NCBI GenBank assembly: GCA_918797485.1
Contig: CAKKNE010000004.1
Location: 1,922,001-1,986,000 of the forward strand
DNA length: 64,000 nucleotides
Reading direction: 5' to 3'
Source of the DNA: Pelagomonas calceolata
Lineage: Eukaryota
Shown here: piece after piece, positions 50,165-59,933 of the stretch
Numbering within the stretch: the stretch's first letter is position 1
Layout: each line of letters begins with the position of its first letter
Program-made: the position numbers and the translations under genes
Notes under the pieces: generated by a model
What the model was told of the DNA's origin: nothing
Database searches by the model: none
Seen by the model: only the letters and a program-made list of their open reading frames with translations

Positions 50165-51748
50165 ATGCGGCTGCCCTACCTCCTCGCCGCCGGGGCAGCC
50201 CTCGGCGCCGCCGACGACGGCGCGCCGCGCGCGCAGACGCAAGGCAAGGAGCGGAACCCGCCGGCCTGGCCCGCGGCGGTGCGCGTCGTCGCGCCGGCGC
50301 AGTGCGCAGAGATCAGTGCTGCGGACGCGGGCGCCGCGCTGCTGCTGCTGCCGGGCGTATATGACTGTTCCATATCTCTGCCATCGCGATCGACGGCGGC
50401 GGGTTTAGGGACGGACCGCGACGACGTCCTCCTAAAACGCTGCGTCGGCGACGCTGCGTCATCAGCGGAGAATCTGAGGGTCGACGGCGACTGGCGGGGC
50501 CCGCGGAGTGTACGAAGGGTGGCCGTCGCCGGCGACCTCTCGTCGTCTTCGTTCATGGCCGACGCGAACATCACGGGCGGCGTCCGGCTCGGCGCGGCGC
50601 GCGCCTTCGCGGCGCGGTCATCGTCGCTCCAGTCGAGTCGTAGCGTCGAGGTCGACGCGAAGGGCTGGTTCTCGTCATCGAAACGGGACCCTGCACCGAT
50701 AAGCGGCGGCGGCGTGAACGTCGTCCTCGCCGGCGTGGCCGGCGGCCCGAACGCCACGGTGCCGCGCGGCGCGGCGCCCGGCGTCGCCTATGCCGTGTCC
50801 GAAGCGCCGCGGGCCGTGGACAAGCCTTATATTATCCGGCACGGCCCCGACTTCTTCCTCGTGAAGCCGGAACCCCTTCTCTCAAAGACGGGCTGCTGCG
50901 CGACGGACGCGGAACGCATCCCGTTCCAGAACGTCTACGTCGCGCGGCCCGAGCGGACGGAGGACGTGCGGGAGAAGCTGCTCCAGGGGCTGCACGTCGT
51001 GCTGACGCCCGGCACCTACGAGCTCGAGGACGGCCTCGAGCTGAACCACGCGGGCCAGATTCTGCTGGGCGTCGGCGCCGCGATCGTGAGGGCGCCGTCC
51101 GACGGCGAGCCCGCGTGTAGAGTAAGGGGGCCCGCGGCCGTCGTCGCGGGCGTCACCGTGCAGGGCGCGCGCTACCCGAAGGGCGACACGGCGCTGATCC
51201 GGTGGGAAGGCTCGGACGGTCTCCTCGCGGACGTTGTGGTCAATGTGGACGGGGACGCGAACGCGAAGACGGGCGTCGCCATCCACGCGGATGGCGTCGT
51301 CCTGGACCACGTCACCGTCGAACGCCGGCCGCCGGGCCACCTCGACGTCGGGATTAGTCTCGAAGGCAATAATGCAGTCGCCTATGCCATCAACGTGAAA
51401 CACGTGGAGCAGGACGGCGTCCGGTGGCGCGGCGAGGACGGCCACGCCTTCGCTCTCAACGTCGACCTGCCGCGCGACGCCTTGATTGACTTCCAGAACG
51501 GCGGCTACGTCGGCTACGCGGTCGGCGACTTCGTGAAAAGGCATAGCGCGCGGGGCGTCGCCGTCTACGCGGCCTTCGACGGCGACGTGCGCGTGCGCAC
51601 GGCCGTCCGACGGTCCGCGTCGCCGAACGTGACGCTCGCGAGCGTCGCGTCGGTGTTCACGGAGGGGCGCGGCTCCGTCGCGAGCGTCGTCAACGGCGAC
51701 GGCGCCGCGGTCGGGCCCGCGGGCAACGCGCTCGCGCGCTGGCCCTAG
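50165..51748 (+). CDS. Secreted beta-helix protein related to bacterial-type GH55 beta-1,3-glucanases, degenerate
   Basis: Signal peptide; LLLPGVY, AAGLG, DKPYI, GLHVVLTPGTYEL...ILLGVG, GYVGYAVGDFVKRHSARGVAVYAAF. Confidence 0.65.
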   Translation: MRLPYLLAAGAALGAADDGAPRAQTQGKERNPPAWPAAVRVVAPAQCAEISAADAGAALLLLPGVYDCSISLPSRSTAAGLGTDRDDVLLKRCVGDAASSAENLRVDGDWRGPRSVRRVAVAGDLSSSSFMADANITGGVRLGAARAFAARSSSLQSSRSVEVDAKGWFSSSKRDPAPISGGGVNVVLAGVAGGPNATVPRGAAPGVAYAVSEAPRAVDKPYIIRHGPDFFLVKPEPLLSKTGCCATDAERIPFQNVYVARPERTEDVREKLLQGLHVVLTPGTYELEDGLELNHAGQILLGVGAAIVRAPSDGEPACRVRGPAAVVAGVTVQGARYPKGDTALIRWEGSDGLLADVVVNVDGDANAKTGVAIHADGVVLDHVTVERRPPGHLDVGISLEGNNAVAYAINVKHVEQDGVRWRGEDGHAFALNVDLPRDALIDFQNGGYVGYAVGDFVKRHSARGVAVYAAFDGDVRVRTAVRRSASPNVTLASVASVFTEGRGSVASVVNGDGAAVGPAGNALARWP

Positions 51749-52059
51749 GTGTTTCGTTCGGTGTTTTAAAACTCTTAATCTTAGTACTACAAGTAGAACC
51801 CGCGCCCCGCGGCGTGGCATGTACCGCGCCGCGCGCAAACCAGAACCCGAACTCCGAGCGCCCGCCCGCGATCCGTCGCGGATCTATCGTTACGGTGCGA
51901 GGACTCGCACGTACCCCTCGCGCCGCCGCCGCAGACCCCCGCACTTCCGGAGAGCGCGGGGCCGGGGCTCGAGCGCTTCGGCCGAGATTGCCGCCGGGGG
52001 CAGCCTCTTAATCCCACCCGCAGAGCAGCTCAGGCCGCCGCAGACGTCGTCAGCGGCGC

Positions 52060-52932
52060 ATGTTCCAGCAGGCCGTCACCGACAACGGCGGCGCGCCGCC
52101 CCCGGCCGAACGGGGCTGGCTCGATGGGCTAACAGCCTGCGTCCTCCCTACTACGGACGGCGACGACGCGCCGGGCGACTCCCTGAGCCCCTGCGGCTGC
52201 GACTCGACGAGCGCGCCCGACGACGCCCCATCAGCGCAGCCGCCGCCGCCGGCGACGGCCGCGCCCGGGTCGGCGCGCGTCGTCGTGCTGGGCGGCGACG
52301 GCTGCGGCAAGCTCTCGCTAATAAGAGCGTGGCGGCGGCGCGACCCGAGTACTTCATATGAATCGAGCCGCCACGGCGCGCGCTTCACGCACGTCGCGCT
52401 CGGAAATGATGGCCACGTCGTCCTGAACGCGCTGGATAGCGGGGACCTCGCCTCGCCCAAATCGATGAAGGCGGCGGCCCAGACCTTCGACGAGGCGACG
52501 GCGCGGGAAGTCCGCGTCGCGTCAGCGCACGCGCGCCTGAGCTCGGCCGAGGGCGTCGCGGTCGTGGTGGACGTGGCGACGGTCGACGTCGAGACGGCGC
52601 GGGCCTGGGTCCAGGCCGTGCGCGCGGCCCACGCCGCCGCCGCCGTCGTGCTCATCGCGAACAAGTGGGGCCTCGCGCGGAAAGAAGCCGAGGAGGCTGA
52701 TTTAGTTTCCAGGGCGGCGCGGCTCGCGCGGGCCTTGGACGTCGACGCGTGGTTCCCGGGCCTGGGCGAGGTCGACGCGGAGAAGGCGACGGACGCGGAC
52801 CTGGCGCCGCTGCGCTACCTGCTCGACGACGTGCTCATGCGGCGGCGCGTCTTCGCCGCGAACGTGGCGCGTGCGCGCAAGGAGTCCGCGCAGGGCCTGC
52901 GCGGCGCGGGGCGGGCGGGCATGGCGGCCTAA
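52060..52932 (+). CDS. Divergent Ras-superfamily small GTPase-like protein
   Basis: RVVVLGGDGCGKLSLI (P-loop), LDSG (G3-like), VVLIANKWG (G4-like). Confidence 0.6.
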   Translation: MFQQAVTDNGGAPPPAERGWLDGLTACVLPTTDGDDAPGDSLSPCGCDSTSAPDDAPSAQPPPPATAAPGSARVVVLGGDGCGKLSLIRAWRRRDPSTSYESSRHGARFTHVALGNDGHVVLNALDSGDLASPKSMKAAAQTFDEATAREVRVASAHARLSSAEGVAVVVDVATVDVETARAWVQAVRAAHAAAAVVLIANKWGLARKEAEEADLVSRAARLARALDVDAWFPGLGEVDAEKATDADLAPLRYLLDDVLMRRRVFAANVARARKESAQGLRGAGRAGMAA

Positions 52933-53078
52933 TAAGAGTCCTTGTCAGTCCAGTTCGTGCGGGATTCGAGTGTATATAGTCGAGCTGCTCAGGCTCAGGC
53001 TAGTTACGTCGCAGGGTCCCCCGTACCCCTCCCGCTCCCCCCGGGCCCACCCGTCCGGCTGGACTCAGGACGCAGCTT

Positions 53079-53101
53079 GCTAGTGTCTTACAGACGCTAG
53101 C
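53079..53101 (+). promoter_or_regulatory. GCTAG-box intergenic element copy
   Basis: GCTAGTGTCTTACAGACGCTAGC, ~142 bp upstream of the patatin ATG. Confidence 0.6.
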
Positions 53102-53242
53102 TCGGCTCTTGCTGGGCTTTTCTCGTCTGCTTGCGCACGCCCGCGATCAATCTGATTGCGAGCACTCGTTTAAATTTTGTGCGGCTGCTGCGATGGTAAG
53201 CCGAAAATTGATCGAATAATCACAACCATCAACCCTACAACA

Positions 53243-54049
53243 ATGCGATACCTCCCAGCAATTGCCGTGGCGGCCGCGGCGAGCGTGCCGTCCGCGGCGA
53301 GCGTGCCGCCAGCGGCGAGCGTGCGCGCGCCGGTCGACATCGTGCTGTCGTCCGGCTTTCTATGCTTCTCGCGGCACTGCGGCTTCCTCGACGCGCTGCA
53401 GCAGTCGCAACTCAGCGTCGCCGCTTACGTCGGGACCTCGAGCGGCGCGCTTGCGGCGTCGATGGCCGCGGCGGGCGCGGACGCGGACGCCGTCGCGGAG
53501 GAGCTGTCGCGCACGAGGCCGCTCGCGTCCTGCCGGCCGAGCGTGACGCCCTGGCGCGGAGCGTTCTCGACGCGCGCGCTCCGCAAGCGCATCAGTCGCG
53601 TGCTGCCGGCGACGTTCGAGGAACTGGGAAAGCCGCTCGGCGTCGGCGTCTACGACCGAGAGACGGGCGAGCCCCGGCTCGTAACGAGTGGAGATTTACC
53701 CCGAGCGGTGGCGGCGAGCTGCGCCGTGCCCGGGCTTTTCGCGCCCGTGCGGCTGGACGACGGCGCGCTCTACCTGGACGGAGGCGCGGTCGACCGGACC
53801 TTCCTCGCGCTCCACAAGGCGTGGCGGCCCGAGCGCCGCGCGGTGTGCCACCTCGTCAAAAACGATGGCGTGGAACTCGTTCAGCGAGATGGCATCATAG
53901 ATGGCGTGTATGTTGTCAAGACGCCGCGCGCGAACGCCAAGCTCTGGGGCCTCGGCGACTTCGAGGGGGAAAGGAAAGCGGCGGAGGAGCTATCGAAGAG
54001 GTCGCTCGCGGCGCTCGCGAACCTCGATCGAATTATACTAAATAAATGA
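53243..54049 (+). CDS. Patatin-like phospholipase
   Basis: LSSGFLCFSRHCG, GTSSG nucleophile elbow, ASCAVPGLFAP, YLDGG. Confidence 0.9.
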   Translation: MRYLPAIAVAAAASVPSAASVPPAASVRAPVDIVLSSGFLCFSRHCGFLDALQQSQLSVAAYVGTSSGALAASMAAAGADADAVAEELSRTRPLASCRPSVTPWRGAFSTRALRKRISRVLPATFEELGKPLGVGVYDRETGEPRLVTSGDLPRAVAASCAVPGLFAPVRLDDGALYLDGGAVDRTFLALHKAWRPERRAVCHLVKNDGVELVQRDGIIDGVYVVKTPRANAKLWGLGDFEGERKAAEELSKRSLAALANLDRIILNK

Positions 54050-54056
54050 ATTCAAG

Positions 54057-56238
54057 TTACATCTCATCATGGCCTCCTTCCTCCGCGTCCAAGTCGACGA
54101 CGTCCTCCTCCGTCGCGTCCGCCTCGGGCGCCGGGAACGGCGGCCCCTTGCGCCAGACCTTGAACGGCCCGCCGGGCACGGACTCGTACTGTCTTTCTAA
54201 CCTCTTGTAGAGGAGCTCCTCGAAGCCCTCGTATTTATCCGCGATGGTCCCCGCGTTCGCGACCTGTGCGTAAATCAACCAGTGAGTCGGGCGCACCCGA
54301 TAATTCTTCACTAAGTCCTTCCACGGCGAAAACGCGACCGCGCTGACCGAATGGAGCGGCGAAAGACCCCCAGGGGCACGCCATCGAGCCGGCGTCGCGT
54401 CGATGGCGTGGGGGCCATGATTGAGCCGTGGTGGAGACGCGTCGCGACAATTTGATTTATGCACCGTTCGCGACCTTGTCCGGCTGCGCCCTCCCGTAAA
54501 AGTCCTCCAGGATCGCGATGGTCTTGGCGCGCGTGATGCGCCGCTTGCCCATGTGATATAAAGTGAAGGAGCCCGGCAGGGCCACGAAGGCCAGCAGGAA
54601 CATCTTCAGGTAGCCGTGGCACTTCTTCTCCTCCGCCTTGCGCTTCATCCTCTCGGCGTTCCGCGGGACGGCCGCCGCCAATACTCGAGCCACGGGGATG
54701 CCTCTCGTATCGACGGAGTACTCGACGGTGCACTTCTGGGCATGCGTCACTTCGTCATCATCATCGACGGTCTCGAACGGGTCGTAGCAGCCCTCCCGCA
54801 GCGCCGTCGAGTCCTCGACGAAGGCCCAGCTCAGCTCGGCGTCGTCCGTGAGCTGGCGCTCCTTGAGTAAATCTTTCCTCACGTACGCATGCCGCGCCGA
54901 GCACGGCAAGTCTTCGCCCGCTTCGAACAACGTTTCTTGCTGTTTCGTGTCCGGCGAGCCGCGGACCAGCGGCGCAATACCAATACTGGATGCGAGGACG
55001 CTCTTCTGCGAGATTTCGGGCGCCTGCGGCAGCCCGAGCTCCGACGCTGTGAGGAAGGCGGCGCCGAGGACCGCATCCACAGCTTCCGCCTCGACGACGG
55101 CGACGTTCTTCTTGGCCAGGGACGCGGCCGCTTTTAGAGCCGCTTCTGCGAGAGTAGCTTCGCCCCGCACCAAGTAATGCGACGGCGCCTCGAGCGCCTC
55201 CTTACTAATAGAGGCGAGCGCCTGCTTGATGACGGCGCGCGCCGCCGTCTCGCACTTGGCCACCAAAGCGTCATTCTTCTCGCCCAGCGCGCACTTGACG
55301 AGGGCGGCCCTATCCTTCTTCAGCACATCGCCGGCGACGGCCACGGCCCGGAACTGGCCCTCGTCCACATCGACCACAGCACAATCCACGCCCATGCTCG
55401 TCACGTCGACGCAGACCACGCGGCCCTCAATGCCGTCGACGGCCGCGGCCCCGAAGGCCTGGGGCTCCTTGAGCGCCTTGCCCACGAGCGCCGCGACCGG
55501 CGCGCCGACGATCGACGCCGCGGTGCAGTCGACGGCCTCGAGCGCCCGACACAAAGCCAGGCGCCAGGCCGCGCTCGCCGAGGCGGGGGCGACAATTGTA
55601 CAACGCCGCACGGGCCGCTCGACGAGCTGCGTCGCGCGCTGCCTTGGCTTCGCGCAGAGGAGCGCCACGGCGAGATGCGGCGCGACCTTCTCTCCGTCCA
55701 AGTCGTAGCAGGCCTCCTTGACGGCGCCGAAGTCGGACTCCTCGGTCATCGTGGACTGGAGGCCATCGACCGCGCCGAGCGACGCGCCGGGCGCGAGGAT
55801 CTCGTCGCGGCCCCGCGCGCCGACCTTCGCGCCGGCGAGGTGGGGCTCGGCCGCGCGCTGCGAGGGCTTCTTGCGCGTCCACTTGAGGAATTGCGACGCA
55901 TCGTCGATCTTGAGCGTCGCGGGGCAGGCGCCCGTCTTCTGGGCGTCAAACGGTAACGGCTTCGCACCGCGGCCGTCCCAGCAGGCCGCTCGTACGGTGG
56001 AACCGTGGACCTCGAGCGTGAAGCACGCGGCGGCGCCGTCGCGCAGCGACGGGTCCTCCTTCCGGCGGTTGACGTCGGCGGCGCCCGGCGCGACGCCGCC
56101 GCCGGCCGGCGCCGCCGGCGCGGCGCCCTGCGGCGGCGCGAAGTTCGGCATGGCCTGCTGCGGCATCATCTGCATCGGCATCGCGCCCGTGGTCTGCATC
56201 TGCATCGGCATGGCGCCGCCGCCCATCTGGAGCGCCAT
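54057..56238 (-). CDS. Divergent Hsp70/actin-fold protein with TM segment, small helical C-terminal domain and HDEM end; complement join(54475..56238,54057..54263)
   Basis: CTIVAPA...WRLAL...APVAAL, VVCVDV...VAVAGD, DAVLGAA, SIGI resemble the Hsp70 scaffold; TM MFLLAFVALPGSFTLY; splicing out the introner restores EDFYGRAQPDK|VANAGTIADKYEG. Confidence 0.65.
54264..54466 (-). mobile_element. Introner element (non-autonomous DNA transposon forming a 211-nt intron, 54264-54474)
   Basis: 8-bp TSD TTCGCGAC at 54256-54263 and 54467-54474; 15-bp imperfect TIRs CTGTGCGTAAATCAA / TTGATTTATGCACCG; on the minus strand the GT donor comes from the TSD and the AG acceptor from the TIR. Confidence 0.9.
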
Positions 56239-56574
56239 GGCGGAGGTGTCTGCGGCGCGGTCGCGGCGAGGCGTCAGGACGCAGCGCCTGGAGCGCTGTC
56301 GAGGTGCTCTTGACTCGCACAGCCGAGACTCGTGTGCGAGAGGCAATCAGAGATAGCGGCATACATACTAGTAGACGCCATCGACGCGGCAACAACCACG
56401 GGCGTGGAGGTTCTACGCCATCGACGCGGCGTCGTGTGACCGTAGCCGCGTCTGCCCGGAGAAGGACTCGTGAGGCTCGGAGTCGGAGTCGTGAACGTCG
56501 ATCCCGTCGACGGGACATGGTATACCATGCGAGGGGAGGGAGAAGCCACAACTAAAAAAACGACAAAAGCCCAC

Positions 56575-56880
56575 TTAGGACGAGGCCGGCGTCCAGCGCT
56601 GGATCACGACGACGATGAAGTCCTCGTCGACGGCCACCAGGATCTCCGCCTTCTTCGCTCGAACTCTGAGGTAGCGCAGCTCGTTCTTCGGGTCCAGGTC
56701 GCGCACGACGCCGCGAGCTTTCGTCGCGAGGACCGTCATGAACTCGGCGTAGACCTCGGCTTTGGCCGCGGGCATCGACGGCAGCCGCCGCAGGACCTGG
56801 CCGTCCTTGTCGACGATCACATAGCCCTCGACGCCGCTCTGGAGCTTGACCCGTTCCAGCGTCTCCTCGACCTCGGACAT
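56575..56880 (-). CDS. DYNLRB: Dynein light chain roadblock/LC7
   Basis: MSEVEETLERV...GVEGYVIV...ARGVVRDLDPKNELRYLRVRAKKAEILVA...IVVVIQ. Confidence 0.95.
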   Translation of the reverse strand: MSEVEETLERVKLQSGVEGYVIVDKDGQVLRRLPSMPAAKAEVYAEFMTVLATKARGVVRDLDPKNELRYLRVRAKKAEILVAVDEDFIVVVIQRWTPASS

Positions 56881-57212
56881 GGCTGCCCAGAGCTCGGTGG
56901 CTGCCCCAGGAAAACGCGCGCTCGCCGCGGCACGCGTGCGTGCGCAGTCCTACGGCGACGACGGGTGCCTCGCGCGAGGTACGATGGCTTGCGTTGCCTC
57001 GGCGTCGGCGCGCGGCGCGGACGGGGCTGCTTTGCGTTACGCCTATGTTTGCCTTTTTTGGTGGGGCGAGCATGCGAGCTCTCGCCATTGAGCCGTGCGC
57101 TTCCGAGCGCTCCCGGCGCCGCCCGCCACCGATACGTGCCTCCCGGTGTAGCCGGTTCGGGTTGTTGGCATTTGGCACTGGTTCGTAAAAGGCTGCCCCA
57201 CCATTAGGTACG

Positions 57213-57713
57213 ATGGACGCGCCGCCCGAGGAAGACACGGAGCGCATCGCGAAGCTGCGGGAGCAGCGCCGCGCGGACCGCGAGCGACGGCGGCGCGCGC
57301 ACCAGCAGGCCCAGGCGGCCGCCTCTGACGAGCGGCAGGCGCCCGCACAAGCGGACAACTCGCAGGAGGCGCCCGCGCAAGCAGTCCAAAGGGACGAGGA
57401 GCCCGTCGTCGCGCGCGCCGTCGGCGGCGCCGCACCGATCAACGCGGTCGTCGTCGCGGACGTCGCGCCGGTCGCGGCCGTCGCTGTGGTCCCGCCGGCG
57501 CCGCCAGCACCACAAGAAGAGCGCTACCCCGACGTCGACGCGGAGTTGTTGGGCGAGGAAATTCGACGGGAGCGGACTCAGATCGACGGCTTCGACGCGC
57601 GCGCGACGGCGGTCTGCGACTTGCTGGCCGAGGCCGAGCGCAAGCTCGCCGAAGCGGAGCGCATGGAGGCCGCGCTCCTCGCGGACGACGACGACGGAGG
57701 CGCCGACCAGTAA
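57213..57713 (+). CDS. Hypothetical coiled-coil protein
   Basis: ATG-initiated charged ORF divergent from the roadblock gene. Confidence 0.55.
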   Translation: MDAPPEEDTERIAKLREQRRADRERRRRAHQQAQAAASDERQAPAQADNSQEAPAQAVQRDEEPVVARAVGGAAPINAVVVADVAPVAAVAVVPPAPPAPQEERYPDVDAELLGEEIRRERTQIDGFDARATAVCDLLAEAERKLAEAERMEAALLADDDDGGADQ

Positions 57714-57869
57714 GTATGTGCACTACTAGGGTTTCCGAGAGGAAGAAGTTAACAGGGTGTCGCCGGTCGCGGGGTCGCGCCCGGCGGGGGGGATACGGCC
57801 CGTGCCCCGGGGGCCCGGGGGCCGGCTTTGCCGCGCCGCAGCGGCCGCGGCGGGATGTCAGCGCGCCGC

Positions 57870-59207
57870 TTACATCATGTCGTCGCCCTCCTCGTCCTCG
57901 TCGAACTCGCCCTCCTCCTCGGCGGTCGCGTCCTGGTACTGCTGGTACTCGGACACGAGGTCGTTCATGTTGGACTCGGCCTCGGTGAACTCCATCTCGT
58001 CCATGCCCTCGCCCGTGTACCAGTGGAGGAACGCCTTGCGGCGGAACATGGCCGTGAACTGCTCGGCGACGCGCTTCCACGTCTCCTGGACGGCCGTCGT
58101 GTTGCCGATGAACGTCGTCGCCATCTTGAGGCCCTTCGGGGGGATGTCGCAAATGGCCGACTTGACGTTGTTCGGGATCCACTCGACGAAGTACGACGAG
58201 TTCTTGTTGACGACGTTGAGCATCTGCTCGTCGACCTCCTTCGTGGACATGCGGCCGCGGAAGAGGCAGGAGCAGGTGAGGTAGCGGCCGTGGCGCGGGT
58301 CGGCGGCGCACATCATGTTCTTGGCGTCGAACTGCTGCTGCGTGAGCTCCGGCACCGTGAGCGCGCGGTACTGCTGCGAGCCGCGCGACGTGAGCGGCGC
58401 GAAGCCGACCATGAAGAAGTGGAGCCGGGGGAACGGGACCATGTTGACCGCGAGCTTGCGGAGGTCGCAGTTGAGCTGGCCCGGGAAGCGGAGCGAGCAC
58501 GTCGTGCCGCAGACCGCCGCCGCGATGAGGTGGTTTAGGTCACCGTACGTCGGCGTCGTGAGCTTGAGCGTGCGGAAGCAGATGTCGTAGAGCGCCTCGT
58601 TGTCGAGCGTGAAGCACTGGTCCGAGTTCTCGACGAGCTGGTGCACCGAGAGCGTCGCGTTGTAGGGCTCGACGACCGTGTCCGACACCTTGGGCGACGG
58701 GATCACGGAGTACGTCGACATGACGCGGTCGGGGTACTCCTCGCGGATCTTGGAGATGAGGAGCGTGCCCATGCCGGCGCCCGTGCCGCCGCCCATGGAG
58801 TGGACGAGCTGGAAGCCCCGGAGGCAGTCGGACTCGGCCTCCTTGCGCACGACGTCGAGGACCGAGTCGATGAGCTCGGCGCCCTCCGTGTAGTGGCCCT
58901 TGGCCCAGTTGTTGCCCGCGCCCGTCTGGCCGAAGACGAAGTTGTCCGGGCGGAAGAGCTGGCCGAAGGGGCCCGCGCGGACGGAATCCATCGTGCCGGG
59001 CTCGAGGTCCATGAGGATGGCGCGCGGCACGTAGCGGCCGCCCGTCGCCTCGTTGTAGTAGACGTTGATGCGCTCGAGCTGGAGGTCCGAGTCGCCGTGG
59101 TACGTGCCCGTCGGGTCGACGCCGTGCTCGTCGGAGATGACCTCCCAGAACTTGGCGCCGATCTGGTTGCCGCACTGGCCGCCCTGGATGTGGACGATCT
59201 CGCGCAT
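57870..59207 (-). CDS. TUBB: Beta-tubulin
   Basis: [24 protein letters not shown], acidic tail; near 100% GC3. Confidence 0.98.
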   Translation of the reverse strand: MREIVHIQGGQCGNQIGAKFWEVISDEHGVDPTGTYHGDSDLQLERINVYYNEATGGRYVPRAILMDLEPGTMDSVRAGPFGQLFRPDNFVFGQTGAGNNWAKGHYTEGAELIDSVLDVVRKEAESDCLRGFQLVHSMGGGTGAGMGTLLISKIREEYPDRVMSTYSVIPSPKVSDTVVEPYNATLSVHQLVENSDQCFTLDNEALYDICFRTLKLTTPTYGDLNHLIAAAVCGTTCSLRFPGQLNCDLRKLAVNMVPFPRLHFFMVGFAPLTSRGSQQYRALTVPELTQQQFDAKNMMCAADPRHGRYLTCSCLFRGRMSTKEVDEQMLNVVNKNSSYFVEWIPNNVKSAICDIPPKGLKMATTFIGNTTAVQETWKRVAEQFTAMFRRKAFLHWYTGEGMDEMEFTEAESNMNDLVSEYQQYQDATAEEEGEFDEDEEGDDMM

Positions 59208-59933
59208 GGTTGCTTAAGTTACTTTTACCTGCGGCGGGGCGGCGCGTTCGAAGGTGCGTATGACGGCGGAGGTCCGGCGGCGTCTCTTCTGGCCCGCGGC
59301 GGCGGCGGCGGCGCGGCGGCGGGGCCTTTTTGGGGTGGCGTTAGCCCCGGCCTGGATGTATCAACAGGGGCTGCCCCGCGCGCGCAAAAGCGCCGCGCGT
59401 TGGTGGAGATGGGGTCCGGCACCCACGGAAGGCGTTGCGACCGGCGGCGGCGCGGTTAGGGCACGGGCAGGCGCTTAAATGGAGAGGAAATAAGCAGCGA
59501 CGGCTGAGCGGCCAGCGCTATTTTGGATGCCTTTGCCCAACACTAGGGCTTACAGCCTTACTATTAGTGCGGCGCGGGGCCCGGGACCTTGTTCCGGGGT
59601 CGCGACCCGGGCCGGGGACCGCTCGGCCGCGCCCCGGTCCCTGTTTGAGGTGCTCGTCCGGCGGGCTGCCCCATCGTGGCTGCCCCGCCGGCCTCTCTCT
59701 AGTACTGCTCCCCGGCCGAGCGAGGCCTCCGGCGCCCCCGGGAGCGGTCCGCGGGCGCCACTCGTTTCGCAACACCGCCTCTCGCAGCGCTGCCCTCCGG
59801 AGCGCGCCCGCGGCCGAAGCCCTGCACTCTGTAGGTTTACTGACGTGCGGGACGCGGCCCCGGGCCTCCCGCGTCGGCTGCCGCAAGGAGCGCTGCTGCA
59901 AACCAGGCTCGGAGGAGGCTGCCAGTCCCCACC

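Noticed and set aside
58430..58640. Unusual beta-tubulin residues ([19 protein letters not shown])
   Set aside because: From memory these are typical of diatom/pelagophyte beta-tubulins, so they are a lineage trait rather than a novelty
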